Source: Microgenomates group bacterium Gr01-1014_7 (GTDB lineage Bacteria; Patescibacteriota; Microgenomatia; Daviesbacterales; UBA10151). Taken from it: a stretch of DNA of 64,000 bases. Numbering within the stretch: the stretch's first letter is position 1; every line of letters begins with the position of its first letter. Location of the stretch: assembly GCA_007376405.1 (NCBI GenBank), contig VMGD01000005.1:2372-66371 (forward strand). Reading direction: 5' to 3'. Positions 47,703-59,100 of this stretch are shown here, piece by piece. Below the pieces are notes generated by a model. The model worked only from the letters and a program-made list of their open reading frames with translations. It was not told the origin of the DNA and did no database searches. Made by a program: the position numbers and the translations under genes.

Positions 47703-50360
47703 TTATGGATGTTTGCTGGATCTTATTAGAAGTAAAATCAAACCAACTGCGGTTATCGTAGAAATTAGGAGGCCGGGAAAAACATATTTTTGAGGTTCAA
47801 ATTCAACCGTATACTGCCCATTTTTTTCTATTTTAAATCCATTTAACAGACTATACACTGGTAGGAAAGTTTGACCATTCATTTTCCACAAACCATCATA
47901 ACTTTGGGAAAATACCAAAAATGCAGGTTTTGTTAAACCGCTAATATCAACTATATACTTGGTAGGATTTATTTTGTTATAAGAGACTTTAGGATTATTA
48001 TCGCTTTGGATATTCTTCTCATCAAAATTTACGATCCTTCCCTGCAACTTCTGAGTTTTATCCTGATAACTTACCCATTCAACTTTATCCAAAACCGAAA
48101 GTGCATTAACAACGTTAATATCACCGGAAGATTTAATTTCCAGTTCTCCTCCATCTTTTTGCAACTGTCCAACCTCAAACCACCTAATATTATTTCCAGG
48201 TTTCTTCGTATCAATTTGACCAATCAATTTGCCATCCTGAGAAAAACTTAAATTGCCACTTCTCGTACTTTCCAAAACTCTTGCCAGCAGGACTTTCCCT
48301 TTTGTAAATTGTAAATTGTAAATTGTAAATTCTCTCTCCCCTTCTCCCACTGCCCATCCTCCTCCTAGATCAAAGTCCTGATTATCTATACCGTATTTGA
48401 TTTGTAGAAACTCTCTCCACCTAATCAAATCCGCAGCTTCTCTTTTCCACCAACCGGATTGATCTGGATCCTGTTTTAATTTTTTTGCAGGAAAAATTAA
48501 ATCATTGCTGTCTATAAAACTGGCTGAGAAATCTATAAATGTTTTATTGTTAAGAACAATATTTGCATTTGGTAATTCATCTATTCTTTTCCCAAGTCCG
48601 GAAAACTCTTCAACAAATATTAAAGAATTTTTAGATAAAGCTAATTCACTACTTTTTGTGGCCTCCTTATAGATATCATCTGAACCAATCACCCACCAAA
48701 TATTCTGTGTGATAAAAAATTTGTCCTGATGTTGTTTTACTTTCCATAAAGGAATCAATGAATTTTCAACTTTAGATAGCCAGGATAGTTTAGATAATTG
48801 ATCTGAAAATATAGATTGGTATTTAACATTATCTGGATGTAGATTATCTCTTCTTGGATCAAGATAAGGATAAGCTATATATTCTATTCCAGCCACATCG
48901 AATATTTCACCCATATACTGTGCCTCCCTAAGGAAATTAAATATTTCATATGTACCTAGGGTACCTATTGCAAAAGTTCTTCTTTGAACCAAACGGGCAG
49001 CTTCTATCCTGGGATGCGTCAGGCTCGAATAACCTAAAGAGGGAAAAGACGGAATCCAAAATACTCTACTAAAACTTTTATCTTTTTCTATAAATTGACT
49101 AAGTCCTGCAAACTCTTGTTGAAATAAAGGCTGAGAAAATGTACCAGTCATTTGTCCAAACCAAACTGGCCTTATCAAAAATATAAAATAGCTAGATAGT
49201 ATTATTAAAAAAAATATTTTTAGCTTTGGAAATTTTATTGCCTTCTTAAGAATCTCGTCTGTAGTTATCCCTAATAAAACACTGTACGAAAAGGCTTCTA
49301 GAAAGAAAAATTTTGATGAATCGCGGAATAATGAAAAACCTGGTATGTGCGAAAAAAGCCAAGGATAGATTTGTGGCAAAGGCTCTGAGGCGCCTTTAGT
49401 TAAGAAAATGGAAAATATAGAGACTAATAACCAGAATCCAACAACACGGTCTTTAGGTCGCAGGATGGGTGCAAGAAATACAAGTATAGGAATAAAAACA
49501 AATTCAGGACGAAGAGTTGTGATATTACCAAAGACATTTTTAAACCAGTGGGGGGCAAGTAGCAATATGCTATGACCTAAATCTATAAGGCTTAAAAAAG
49601 AGGCTTGAGTAAAAAAAGCATAAGTACCAGAGGAAATGGGGGCTTTAAATAAAGGTAATAACCAATAAATATTTAATCCTAGCACTACTGTACCGATAAT
49701 TACTCCGCTACTTATCCAGTCCAAAAACAAAGAGACCCTTTTTTTAGGATCCAATAATAATTGGTAAAAAAACAGTACTAAGCTAAGGAGAAATAAAACA
49801 TAAATAAATCTAAAATCAAAAAAACCTAAAATTGAGACTGATAAACCTGCAAAGACTTTTTTATTAAATCCTCCCTTAATAGATTTTTCTACTGCCAGGA
49901 AGGCTATTGGAAACCAGGCATAGGTAAGTGCTATTGATAATTGTCCACCATCAATAACTAAGAGAATATAGGTCGTCGTTAAATAAAATAAAGATGCAAT
50001 AAATTTAGCATCATCAGTTAGCTTAACACTTCCACAAAATTTCCAAATACCTATCCCTCCCAAAAGTAAAAACGGTATAAAAAGAAGCACTCTTTCTATA
50101 ATAGAAAAACCTAAACCAATATTTGCGAGAATACCTGCTATAAATGACAATGGCCAAGACCAAAGAAAGAATGTCGAATACTCCCCCAGTCCCTCAGCCC
50201 CACTCTCTGACCAAACGAAAGGCAAATTCATAGAAGATTTAAGTAAAGATTCTGAAATTATTGGAAAATCATTAGCAACCCTTGCCCCTGGTAAAAACCA
50301 CTGCCAATAAACTGTAACCAGTAAAAGCAGTAGAATTATTACCAGAAATTTATTTTTCAT
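47703..50360 (-). CDS. Large polytopic membrane protein (885 aa): N-terminal multi-TM GT-C-like domain, large extracytoplasmic domain, C-terminal TM anchor
   Basis: Its architecture parallels the two giant paralogs downstream, and it contains the heptanucleotide repeat at 48312-48339. Confidence 0.5.
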   Translation of the reverse strand: MKNKFLVIILLLLLVTVYWQWFLPGARVANDFPIISESLLKSSMNLPFVWSESGAEGLGEYSTFFLWSWPLSFIAGILANIGLGFSIIERVLLFIPFLLLGGIGIWKFCGSVKLTDDAKFIASLFYLTTTYILLVIDGGQLSIALTYAWFPIAFLAVEKSIKGGFNKKVFAGLSVSILGFFDFRFIYVLFLLSLVLFFYQLLLDPKKRVSLFLDWISSGVIIGTVVLGLNIYWLLPLFKAPISSGTYAFFTQASFLSLIDLGHSILLLAPHWFKNVFGNITTLRPEFVFIPILVFLAPILRPKDRVVGFWLLVSIFSIFLTKGASEPLPQIYPWLFSHIPGFSLFRDSSKFFFLEAFSYSVLLGITTDEILKKAIKFPKLKIFFLIILSSYFIFLIRPVWFGQMTGTFSQPLFQQEFAGLSQFIEKDKSFSRVFWIPSFPSLGYSSLTHPRIEAARLVQRRTFAIGTLGTYEIFNFLREAQYMGEIFDVAGIEYIAYPYLDPRRDNLHPDNVKYQSIFSDQLSKLSWLSKVENSLIPLWKVKQHQDKFFITQNIWWVIGSDDIYKEATKSSELALSKNSLIFVEEFSGLGKRIDELPNANIVLNNKTFIDFSASFIDSNDLIFPAKKLKQDPDQSGWWKREAADLIRWREFLQIKYGIDNQDFDLGGGWAVGEGEREFTIYNLQFTKGKVLLARVLESTRSGNLSFSQDGKLIGQIDTKKPGNNIRWFEVGQLQKDGGELEIKSSGDINVVNALSVLDKVEWVSYQDKTQKLQGRIVNFDEKNIQSDNNPKVSYNKINPTKYIVDISGLTKPAFLVFSQSYDGLWKMNGQTFLPVYSLLNGFKIEKNGQYTVEFEPQKYVFPGLLISTITAVGLILLLIRSSKHP
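48312..48339. repeat. Perfect heptanucleotide tandem repeat (TTGTAAA)x4 inside the 885-aa coding sequence
   Basis: ttgtaaattgtaaattgtaaattgtaaa, read directly; encodes EFTIYNLQFTK on the minus strand. The 7-bp unit is not a multiple of 3. Confidence 0.85.
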
Positions 50361-50523
50361 TTTTTAGCTCAAATATATAGAGTAACGATCCTCCTACTAT
50401 AATCCAAAATGATAAAACAATAAGTCTTAATGCAAAACCTGAATGGTTTAAAAAAGCAGCTAAGCCGCTTAACAAAATAAAAAACAATCCTACTAAAAAT
50501 GTATGTTTACTCAAAATTCTCAT
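50350..50523 (-). CDS. Unannotated small two-TM ORF (57 aa) whose stop overlaps the start of the 885-aa gene
   Basis: Manual translation gives MRILSKHTFLVGLFFILLSGLAAFLNHSGFALRLIVLSFWIIVGGSLLYIFELKNEK. No clear SD is present. It resembles the small partners of the giant genes only weakly. Confidence 0.3.
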   Translation of the reverse strand: MRILSKHTFLVGLFFILLSGLAAFLNHSGFALRLIVLSFWIIVGGSLLYIFELKNEK

Positions 50524-50562
50524 TTAAAAGATTATATTACATTTTGATATATAATTTAGTGT

Positions 50563-52047
50563 ATGCTAAAGAAAATATTTCCATTCCTCATTATATTTAC
50601 AGTTATCCTTTTTCTATATTACCCAGCTCTATTTACTTATTTTTCTCAGGATGATTTTTTTCACTTTAAAGTAAGTTTAACTGACGGAAGCATCAGGAAA
50701 TTTGTTAATCTATTTGGTTTCTACTCTTTTTCCGACAGAGGAATTGCTTTTTATAGACCAATTTTCAGGGAGGCTCTTTTTAATACTTTTTATTCGCTAT
50801 TTGGATTAAATGCTTACCCTTTTAGAATTTTTCAATTTCTAATTCTATTCTTAAATTCAATTCTTGCTTATCATTTAATTCAGAAAATTTTTAAAAATAA
50901 ATTTCTTTCTTTTTTTGTGGCTTTCTTTTATGCTATTTGTTCTGCCCAAGTTTCCCCTCTTTATTATCTGGCAGGGGGAATACAAGTATTAGGCGCAACT
51001 ACTTTTTTGCTTCTCACTTTAATCTTTATCCTTAAGAATTCAATTCTTTCCTATATTACATTTCTTTTGGCTCTAGGTTCTCATGAACTAGCTTCTATAA
51101 TACCCTTTCTAATTTCAGCATTACTTTTTATTCAATATCCTTTTAAAAAATTCCTAAGAAAAATTTGGATAGCTTGCCCTTTCTTTTTTATCTTACTGGT
51201 TTATTTATATTTAGAAATTACTAAGATAGGTTTTTCTGCAACAGAAAAAGAATACCAGGCAATATTTAGCCTAAAAACTATTCTTAATTCCTATATGTGG
51301 TATGCAGGCTGGGCTCTAGGATTACCCGAAATGTTAATAGATTTTGTGTTACCTGGATTTAAACTTAATCCAACGCTTCTTAGATATTGGGGGAATTATT
51401 ACATGATTATTTTCTCAACTTTTTTGACAATTTTTTTTCTACTAACAGCAGCTATTATCTACTTATCAATCAAAAAAAGAAATTTCTTTACAAAGCAGCT
51501 TTTGTTTTTCATTTCCTGGTTCCTATTAAGCCTACTTCCCATTATCTTACTTCCACTTCATAAATCAACTCAGTACCTGGAAACAGGCCTAGTCGCCTTC
51601 TGGACTATAATAGGACTAATTATTTTAAATGTACACCAGGCATCCAAACTACAGCTCGTCAGGTGGGAACGTAAAGTTGTTAGCATTTTCTTGTTTATTT
51701 TAATATCATCCCTTTTTATCCTATCTGCAACATCAGCAATCTTACAAAGAACTACTTATTGGGCAGCTGAAAGAGGAAGATATGCAGAAAAGCTGATAAA
51801 ACAAGTTACTACCACTTATCCTATTTTGCCAAAAGGATCTGTAATATACATTGAAAATGACCCGAACTATCCATTTGTTGCAACTGAGTGGGGATCCAGT
51901 TCCAAACAAGCAGCTTTTATTTTAAATAATGCGGATGCATTAAGACTTGTTTATAAAGATTCGACAATAACAGTTTATTACGAAGATCTGGAAAAACCTG
52001 ACCTTTCGGAAAACAACATTTATTTTGTGGTGGCTAGAATCTATTAA
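50563..52047 (+). CDS. GT-C-type integral-membrane glycosyltransferase-like protein; one of the few plus-strand genes
   Basis: 494 aa, polytopic, first loop ...FTYFSQDDFFHFKV (DD motif), with a C-terminal soluble domain. Confidence 0.5.
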   Translation: MLKKIFPFLIIFTVILFLYYPALFTYFSQDDFFHFKVSLTDGSIRKFVNLFGFYSFSDRGIAFYRPIFREALFNTFYSLFGLNAYPFRIFQFLILFLNSILAYHLIQKIFKNKFLSFFVAFFYAICSAQVSPLYYLAGGIQVLGATTFLLLTLIFILKNSILSYITFLLALGSHELASIIPFLISALLFIQYPFKKFLRKIWIACPFFFILLVYLYLEITKIGFSATEKEYQAIFSLKTILNSYMWYAGWALGLPEMLIDFVLPGFKLNPTLLRYWGNYYMIIFSTFLTIFFLLTAAIIYLSIKKRNFFTKQLLFFISWFLLSLLPIILLPLHKSTQYLETGLVAFWTIIGLIILNVHQASKLQLVRWERKVVSIFLFILISSLFILSATSAILQRTTYWAAERGRYAEKLIKQVTTTYPILPKGSVIYIENDPNYPFVATEWGSSSKQAAFILNNADALRLVYKDSTITVYYEDLEKPDLSENNIYFVVARIY

Positions 52048-52385
52048 AATTTTTCTACAAAACCTTCTTTAATAATCTGTGGAATATATGAGGATATAAC
52101 AATCAGTAATAAAGCAAATCCAAAGCTTCCAATGATATTTGCCAGATTTAATTCATTGAGTAAATATAGAAATATCATAAGGAAAAGTATAGATAAAGAC
52201 AGAGATAAAAATAATTTTCTTAGTTTGGAAACGAAAAAAATAATTAAAGTTACAAGCGTTAATACTATTGGATAGATAAATTGATCAGGTCTATTCCATT
52301 CAAAACCATATTCTAAAAAATTAAAAAAACTCATTAAGATAAGCGGTAGTATTAAAAATTTAATCAATAATCTCATGACTTTCAT
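52044..52385 (-). CDS. Small polytopic membrane protein (113 aa), partner of the 1137-aa protein and paralog of 55782..56105
   Basis: The C-terminus LNELNLANIIGSFGFALLLIVISSYIPQIIKEG aligns with LDFIDIANFFGSLGFGILIISSLFYLPKLLKYG of the other small protein. Confidence 0.5.
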   Translation of the reverse strand: MKVMRLLIKFLILPLILMSFFNFLEYGFEWNRPDQFIYPIVLTLVTLIIFFVSKLRKLFLSLSLSILFLMIFLYLLNELNLANIIGSFGFALLLIVISSYIPQIIKEGFVEKF

Positions 52386-55300
52386 AAGTTTTTCTTAATT
52401 TTTGATCTTACAATCAATAAAATAACTCCCAACAAACCAGCTAAGCCTAGGTAAATTCCTAAAGTCACTTTCTGTTGAGGTTTAAATTCTATTTTAAAAT
52501 TATACTCTCCCGGTTCTTCAACCCACCAGGCATTACCATAAAGATAACCTATATAATGTTGATACGGCTTAAAAACTTTATTATCTCTTCTCAATTCTAA
52601 TTCCCATCCTGGATCATAGGCTTCTTTAAAGAAGACAAATCCTGGACGTGTCAATCTCAAATTTCCTTCATATTCTACGGCATTTTTTCTTTTAAAATCT
52701 ATCGTTCCAACTATTTTTTTTTCATTATTTAATTCCACGGCTCTTAAGAGAATTTGATTATTAAGTATTCTAATTAATCGTAAATTTTTAATCTCTACCG
52801 ATGTAGTATTAAAATTGGATACCTCGGGGGGGATTAAAGCAATTAATCTAATCTTGGCTTCTCTGGTCGATATTGAAAGAGCCGGTAATTTGATGTTATA
52901 GCTTCCCTGCCAATCAAATTGATTGAGATGTTGCAAGAAACTTATTCTCGGAACCTTTTGACCATTCTGCTCATTATCAGTATCTTGAATTATCTGAATA
53001 TATAGCCCAACATTTGCTGGTATTATCGCATCAAAACTTAACTTAAAGATATCTTCGCCACTTGTTTGAAGTAGCGGACCCCCAATTGCTGAAGGGTTAT
53101 TTTTAGAAACCGACATCTCAATTGTCTCCTTGAGAATATTAATATTTCCAATTTTTGTTAAACTGTTTGGAGAAGAGATTAAATTAGCTGCGGAAGGAGT
53201 ACTCAAACTTATTTCATTTAATCCTTTTTTAAAGCCAATTTCCCCAAAAGTTAAAATATTCCCAACCTCTTTACCTGATAAGGTAACGGCTTCATTGTTA
53301 ATCTGCAAATTAAGTTTACTTAACTTGTCCAAATAAGCATCTTTTATCTTAGAATTTGTTAAAATTAATTCATACCTACCATCAGAATTTATTGAGAAAT
53401 TATAAAGTTGTCTTTCGCCTGCTTCACTAACATTACCCTTATACACGAAGAGAGGAAACGTTTTTTCTTTAATTAGGAACTCTCTTATTCTATTTAAAGT
53501 ATCGGGTCCCTTTCCTATAACCGATAAAGTAATCTCATGAAGTTTTAATATATCTCCTATGGTGGTCTTAGCTACATCAAAGTATAATGTTGAATTATCA
53601 TCCAATTCTGGAAAAATTTTATCTATCAAATTTGAGTATTCATCAATTGAGGCTTCTCTGATAGTCCCCTCTATTAACTTTTGACTGGCTAAAATGATAT
53701 TTTGCACTGTTGCTTCGGTTTTTGTATGCATTGTTCCCAGTTGTTTGACGTATTGTGCTGCTCCTAATAAAATATTCAATTGAGTAGTGAGCTGCTTTGT
53801 TGTATTTTCTAAACTGCTTGATGAAGCTTGCGGATAGGAAAAAGCATTTTCAGGAAAAATTAGAGTTTCAGAAGCTTTAGATTTTAAAGTTTCATCCACT
53901 CTATCATTAACTGGTGAAAGAAAATTAGCATCTTTCTCACTTGCTAGCCATGGCCAAAGTTGCATACTACTTTTTTGAGGATAGACCAAAGAAATATTAT
54001 TTGGAATCTCGATTTTAGATCCAAAAAATTCCTCAGCTACTTTATACACCACTAAATTACCAAATTCAGCTTCTTTTTTTATAAAACTCAAATTGTTCAG
54101 GACTTTTTCAGCCTCAAACGGATTATATGTATCACCCCCCAACCAATCCATATCTTTATGAAGAATTATAAACCTAACATTAAAATCCTGGAGTAATTTT
54201 AGGATTTTACTGGTGTCTTCATAATATGGTTTATGAAAAATTAGTGATAAAGCTGTTAAAGGATCATCTATCCTCTTAAGATTAACTCCGTGAGAAATTG
54301 AAGGTAAGGCGGTAAAGAGGGAAGCAGATGACTCAATACCATGATAACCATTTTTCCATCTATATGTTGCTACATCACTTCTTGTTAGTGGTAAATGAAG
54401 AATCTTACCATCAGTTATAGAGTCTTGATTGACTTTTTGGTTTAACCATAAATTTGCATCTAAATAAGTTTGGGGGATCTCAACATAATTTGGTTTCCCT
54501 ACAATTCCAAAAATTGTCCCCTTGTACATGGGCCAATAATAGACTCCCATAACTGTAATTAGCATCAATAAAACCATCTTTTTGCCTAAATTACCTAAAT
54601 ATTTACCGAACCAGCTAAAAAGTCCTTCTATTCCCAAGACAAATAATATGCTACTTACAAGGGGTAAAAGAATACCTAATTTTTCAAATGGATTTCGGAG
54701 TAACCCCAAGGCAAAAAATTTACTAAAAAGCAATAAAAAAGGCTGACCAAAAGGGGTTGACGTACCTTTTGCTAACATAATTATGACCAAATAAATCAAT
54801 ACCAGCGAAGCAAGATACTTTCTTTTAAGTGCACAAATTATGCCATAAAATATTATGCTTACCCCTAACCAAGGAATCAGGCGGAAGAAAAAACTCTTAT
54901 ATATTTCTCCTAGTTCTGCTTGATCAAAGACATAATAAGAATTAACCATCTGCAGGCTATAAGGGAGGATTGCCTGTTTGCTGATAGCTACCAGTGTAAA
55001 TATACTCCCCCTGATATCGTGTTGCTGTGAAGCTACACCTGAGCCAATTGTAGCAACTGGCATTAGCCACCAGCTATTAACTAGAATCCAAATAACTAAC
55101 CCAAATAAAGATCTCCAAAGTACTTTTAAAGAGCGGGATTTATTTTCCCAGGGTAGGAATATTTCAGAAACGGTAAAAAGAGACATTATTAACCAAAATG
55201 GAAATACAAAAGCAATTGTTCCAAACATATAGCTTGCTAAAAGGTTTACAAGTAGAAAATATAGCAAGTATAAGTAATTACCACTTTTTATCCAAAGCCT

Positions 55301-55795
55301 CCAAAAAAGAATTAAAAATGGTAAAGCTGCTACAAAAAACATTGATGTATGAGTGAAACGGTGCCAGATTTGAGTCATCATATATGGGTTAAACATATAA
55401 AATAATCCTGCTAAAGTGGCGTATATTTTTTTATCTCTACCTATAATTGAAAGGGTTAACAAATACATTCCAAATCCCATAAAGAAAAGTAGGGTACAGA
55501 ATAAAATCGCTTGAATACCTAGAGGCCCTAGACCAAGGAGTTGAAAGAAGGAAAGGAAGAAGTATAAGGTAATTGATGTAATTGCCTGAGGAATTAGGAA
55601 TCCGGGTGCTACAGCTTCCCACCAGATATATCTGGCTATTTGAAATATCCTGATGGGGTTATATGTTGGTAAGCCTACATCTCCCCCACCATAGAGGTGG
55701 CCATCTTTAAACCATGCAAATATTAATAATAAAGATAAGATCAGAAAAAATAAGGCTGGAAGATAGTATTTATTAACCTTTTTATATATAACCAT
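52382..55795 (-). CDS. Giant polytopic membrane protein (1137 aa): N-terminal GT-C-like multi-TM domain of about 430 aa, an extracytoplasmic domain of about 650 aa, and a C-terminal TM anchor. Possibly AftD/DUF3367-like arabinofuranosyltransferase family
   Basis: N-terminus ...AWFKDGHLYGGGDVGLPTYNPIRIFQIARYIWWEAVAPGF...; clear paralog of 56089..59583. The family assignment is tentative. Confidence 0.55.
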   Translation of the reverse strand: MVIYKKVNKYYLPALFFLILSLLLIFAWFKDGHLYGGGDVGLPTYNPIRIFQIARYIWWEAVAPGFLIPQAITSITLYFFLSFFQLLGLGPLGIQAILFCTLLFFMGFGMYLLTLSIIGRDKKIYATLAGLFYMFNPYMMTQIWHRFTHTSMFFVAALPFLILFWRLWIKSGNYLYLLYFLLVNLLASYMFGTIAFVFPFWLIMSLFTVSEIFLPWENKSRSLKVLWRSLFGLVIWILVNSWWLMPVATIGSGVASQQHDIRGSIFTLVAISKQAILPYSLQMVNSYYVFDQAELGEIYKSFFFRLIPWLGVSIIFYGIICALKRKYLASLVLIYLVIIMLAKGTSTPFGQPFLLLFSKFFALGLLRNPFEKLGILLPLVSSILFVLGIEGLFSWFGKYLGNLGKKMVLLMLITVMGVYYWPMYKGTIFGIVGKPNYVEIPQTYLDANLWLNQKVNQDSITDGKILHLPLTRSDVATYRWKNGYHGIESSASLFTALPSISHGVNLKRIDDPLTALSLIFHKPYYEDTSKILKLLQDFNVRFIILHKDMDWLGGDTYNPFEAEKVLNNLSFIKKEAEFGNLVVYKVAEEFFGSKIEIPNNISLVYPQKSSMQLWPWLASEKDANFLSPVNDRVDETLKSKASETLIFPENAFSYPQASSSSLENTTKQLTTQLNILLGAAQYVKQLGTMHTKTEATVQNIILASQKLIEGTIREASIDEYSNLIDKIFPELDDNSTLYFDVAKTTIGDILKLHEITLSVIGKGPDTLNRIREFLIKEKTFPLFVYKGNVSEAGERQLYNFSINSDGRYELILTNSKIKDAYLDKLSKLNLQINNEAVTLSGKEVGNILTFGEIGFKKGLNEISLSTPSAANLISSPNSLTKIGNINILKETIEMSVSKNNPSAIGGPLLQTSGEDIFKLSFDAIIPANVGLYIQIIQDTDNEQNGQKVPRISFLQHLNQFDWQGSYNIKLPALSISTREAKIRLIALIPPEVSNFNTTSVEIKNLRLIRILNNQILLRAVELNNEKKIVGTIDFKRKNAVEYEGNLRLTRPGFVFFKEAYDPGWELELRRDNKVFKPYQHYIGYLYGNAWWVEEPGEYNFKIEFKPQQKVTLGIYLGLAGLLGVILLIVRSKIKKNL

Positions 55796-56105
55796 ATTTT
55801 AAAAGTTTTGGCAGATAAAATAAACTTGAGATGATTAATATGCCAAATCCCAAACTACCAAAAAAATTTGCAATATCAATAAAGTCTAAAATGAAAAAAA
55901 CAACCATAATAAAAAATAATATCATTGACAAGACAACGAAAGCTTTTTTTAACCATGGTTGGGATATTAAAAGCAGTGTCATCAATGTAAAAAATAAAGT
56001 TTGAAATAGAGAAACCCACGAATCAAATTTAAAACCGGAGTTTATTATCAAGAAAAATCCAAAGACAAACAAATATAAAGTTATTTTCTTAATTGCTTTT
56101 TTCAT
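55782..56105 (-). CDS. Small polytopic membrane protein (107 aa), partner of the 1164-aa protein
   Basis: Four hydrophobic segments; paralogous to 52044..52385. Confidence 0.5.
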   Translation of the reverse strand: MKKAIKKITLYLFVFGFFLIINSGFKFDSWVSLFQTLFFTLMTLLLISQPWLKKAFVVLSMILFFIMVVFFILDFIDIANFFGSLGFGILIISSLFYLPKLLKYGYI

Positions 56106-59100
56106 GGCTCCATTTTAAATATTTGCCAACTAAATGAACTATTGTAAAAATTAATAAACTGAATACGCTAATGTATATACCTAAATATAAATACTTATCC
56201 CCTGAAAATCTAATTCTAAATTTATAGTTTCCTTTTTTATCTATAAACCATCCATTACCATACATATTAGCAAAGAAGTGTTTTGGTACCATATACTCTT
56301 TTTCACCGTCAAACAAGGTTAACTTCCAGTTATCGTTAAACGTTTCGCTGAAAATCATGTAGCTTGGCTTATCCAAAACTATATTCCCTTCATATTCCAA
56401 TGGAGCCTTTTTAGTGTAATTCAAACTTACAATTTGAGATGTCTGATTTGCAGAAATGCTCCTAAGGAATAACAGGTTATCTAAAATTCTAAATACCCGA
56501 ATATTACGGATAGATATGCTCGAAGTCTTTTGAAAATTAAATTTCACTTCCTGTTTATCACATAGCCATTTCTCTGCTATGATAGATTTACAATCATCCC
56601 AAGGGATTGATACAACTTGGAATGAAAAATTGGCGGAATTTTTTCTGGGAGATATATAAAGGTTATAAGTTTTCCAATATTTATTGTAAGGATCGAACTC
56701 TACTGGTTTTATAAATTGATAAGATCTCTGCTTAATTAATGCATCAGCCACTAAATAATCATCTGGATCACTATCTTGCAGTATCCTTACAATTGGGTCA
56801 CTTCCTTTCTGTGTCCAATATTCAAAAGATAGTAAGTAGGTGCTGTTGGGATGGAAAGGCTCTACCTTTATCTCGTACGAATTTGGATTGTGTTGTCCAG
56901 AGACTATCCGTATCTCTCCTTGCTTATCTTTGATTAAATTTACAGAATTTTGCATATTAAAACTAATCTCATGCAGACCTTCATTTAAAGGTATTGTCCC
57001 ATAAGATATTAGATCATCCTTTATTTGACCAGTTCTTGACTGAACTGTTTTGTCTACTTGTAAATCTAATTGACTTAAATTTTTTTGATAAATTGGAGAT
57101 ACCTTTGAATCTGCCATCAATATCTCATATTCTCCGTCGACTGGTATAAAAAACCTATGTACTTGCCTATTGTATCTGGCCAGTTCTCTTTCACTTATCA
57201 ATTCGTAAATTGGTTGCATTTTCATATCGATCATTCTCATTCTTAAAGTTTCTATTGCTTGACTTAATACCGCTTTATCTTGATCTTTTGCTCTTTGATA
57301 AATTTGTCTCAAAACTACTTCATGACGGGAAAATAATATTTTAAATTCAGTAGGTGCTTCAACACTAATTAATCCATCTTTAAAGATTTTATCGACCGCT
57401 TTATTTAGATGTTGTATATATCTTTGAATTATTGGAGATACTGATTTATTTGGATCTTTATCCTGCATCCTATATATCTCTACTAACCTCTTTCCTGCAA
57501 ATGTGAGATGAATATTTTCTTTTGTTTTTTGATACCCACTAGCCTGAATAAACTCCTTTAAAATTATCATTGGATATAGTGGTAAATCAGGCAAAAATCT
57601 AGCTGGTGGTAACTCCTTTAAGGAATTCTCTTCTGATGCTAATTGTGTTGAAGAGATTTTCACAATAGTGGTGGGGATCAAAATTGTTTGTTTATAACCA
57701 GATAAATTTGTAAGCTCGTTACTATCTGATTTATCAGACAGTAGTATTCTAGTTGGATCGCTTCTTAAAAACCAGAACCAAGTGTCATAATTTGAACCAA
57801 GTTTTAGATAATTAAAGTAAGAAGCGGTGTAGATTTTACTTAAAAAGCTTTTTTCATCCATTTCATATACAGTTACTTCCTCAATCTCTTTTTGTTTTTT
57901 TAAAAAAGGCAGCGAGTCTAAAATTTTCCCTATTTCTTCAGGCGATTGAACCCCTGAAGCTTGCCAGTTAATATCGTAATGAAGAACGATAAATCGGACA
58001 TTAAAAGCTCTGAATAGTTCCTTCAAATATTCAGCATATTTTATCTGATCAAAGCTAGTCATCAGATCAAACCCCTGCAATGCATCGTCCAAATAAGATA
58101 AATTAAAACCCATGGATATTGAAGGATTTGATGTAAAAAAACCAGCATTTGACTCTGCTCCAGAATAACCATATTGCCACCTATAGGTAGAGGCATCAGT
58201 AATAGCTAAAGGTAAATGTAAAATATTACCGTCTTTTTTTTGATTCTTAATCCAAAGATTCGCTTGCTGGTAATAGGGAGGAATCTCTACAAAATTCCTT
58301 TTCTCCAAGGTCCCAAACAGTGTCCCTGTCCAAAAAGGCCAATGATAAACTCCAAAAAATAATCCAAAACTTAAAATTAAAACTGCCTTGCCTGCTAAAT
58401 TATTCCTCTTCCAAAAATAAGTAGCAAGATTAAAAAAGCCGACTGAAAAAAGTACACTACCTGCAAAAGGAATTAATAATCCGAATTTTTCAAATGGATT
58501 TCTTAATACTCCCAAAAAAAAGAATTTTTCAAACATATAAGGATAAAAATAGCCTAACGGAGGGGCAACTCCTTTTGCTAAAAAGACTGCTAAAATAAAA
58601 AGTATGCTCCAAAAAATCAATTCTCTACTCTTTTTCGTATAATAAATACCGATTATGGTAAACGAAACCCCTATCCAGGGAATAAATAAAAAAAGCGGAT
58701 GCTTAAAAACTTCCCCTAATTCTTGTCTTTGGAATAAATAAAAGGAATTTAACCCGGGAAGTGAATATGGGATAATACTTTGCTCACCAATTGCAAACAA
58801 GGTCGAAAGAGTATCACCTACTGCATGTTGAGCAGAAGCCAAAGTAGGCAAAATAAAAAACGCTGGAAGAATCCACCAGGTATTGGTTAATACCCAAAGT
58901 ATCAACCCTAAACTGAAGGATGCCGAAATTTGAGAAGCTTTTTTCCATCCAATCCATGGAATGAATATTTCAAAGAGGGTGTACATACCAAGAAGAAACC
59001 ATAAGGTAATAGCGTAAGCCAATGTGCCGAACATATAGGAAAAAATTAAATTGACTGCTATAAATATGATTAAACTTGTAAATTCTTTCTCTCTCATCCA

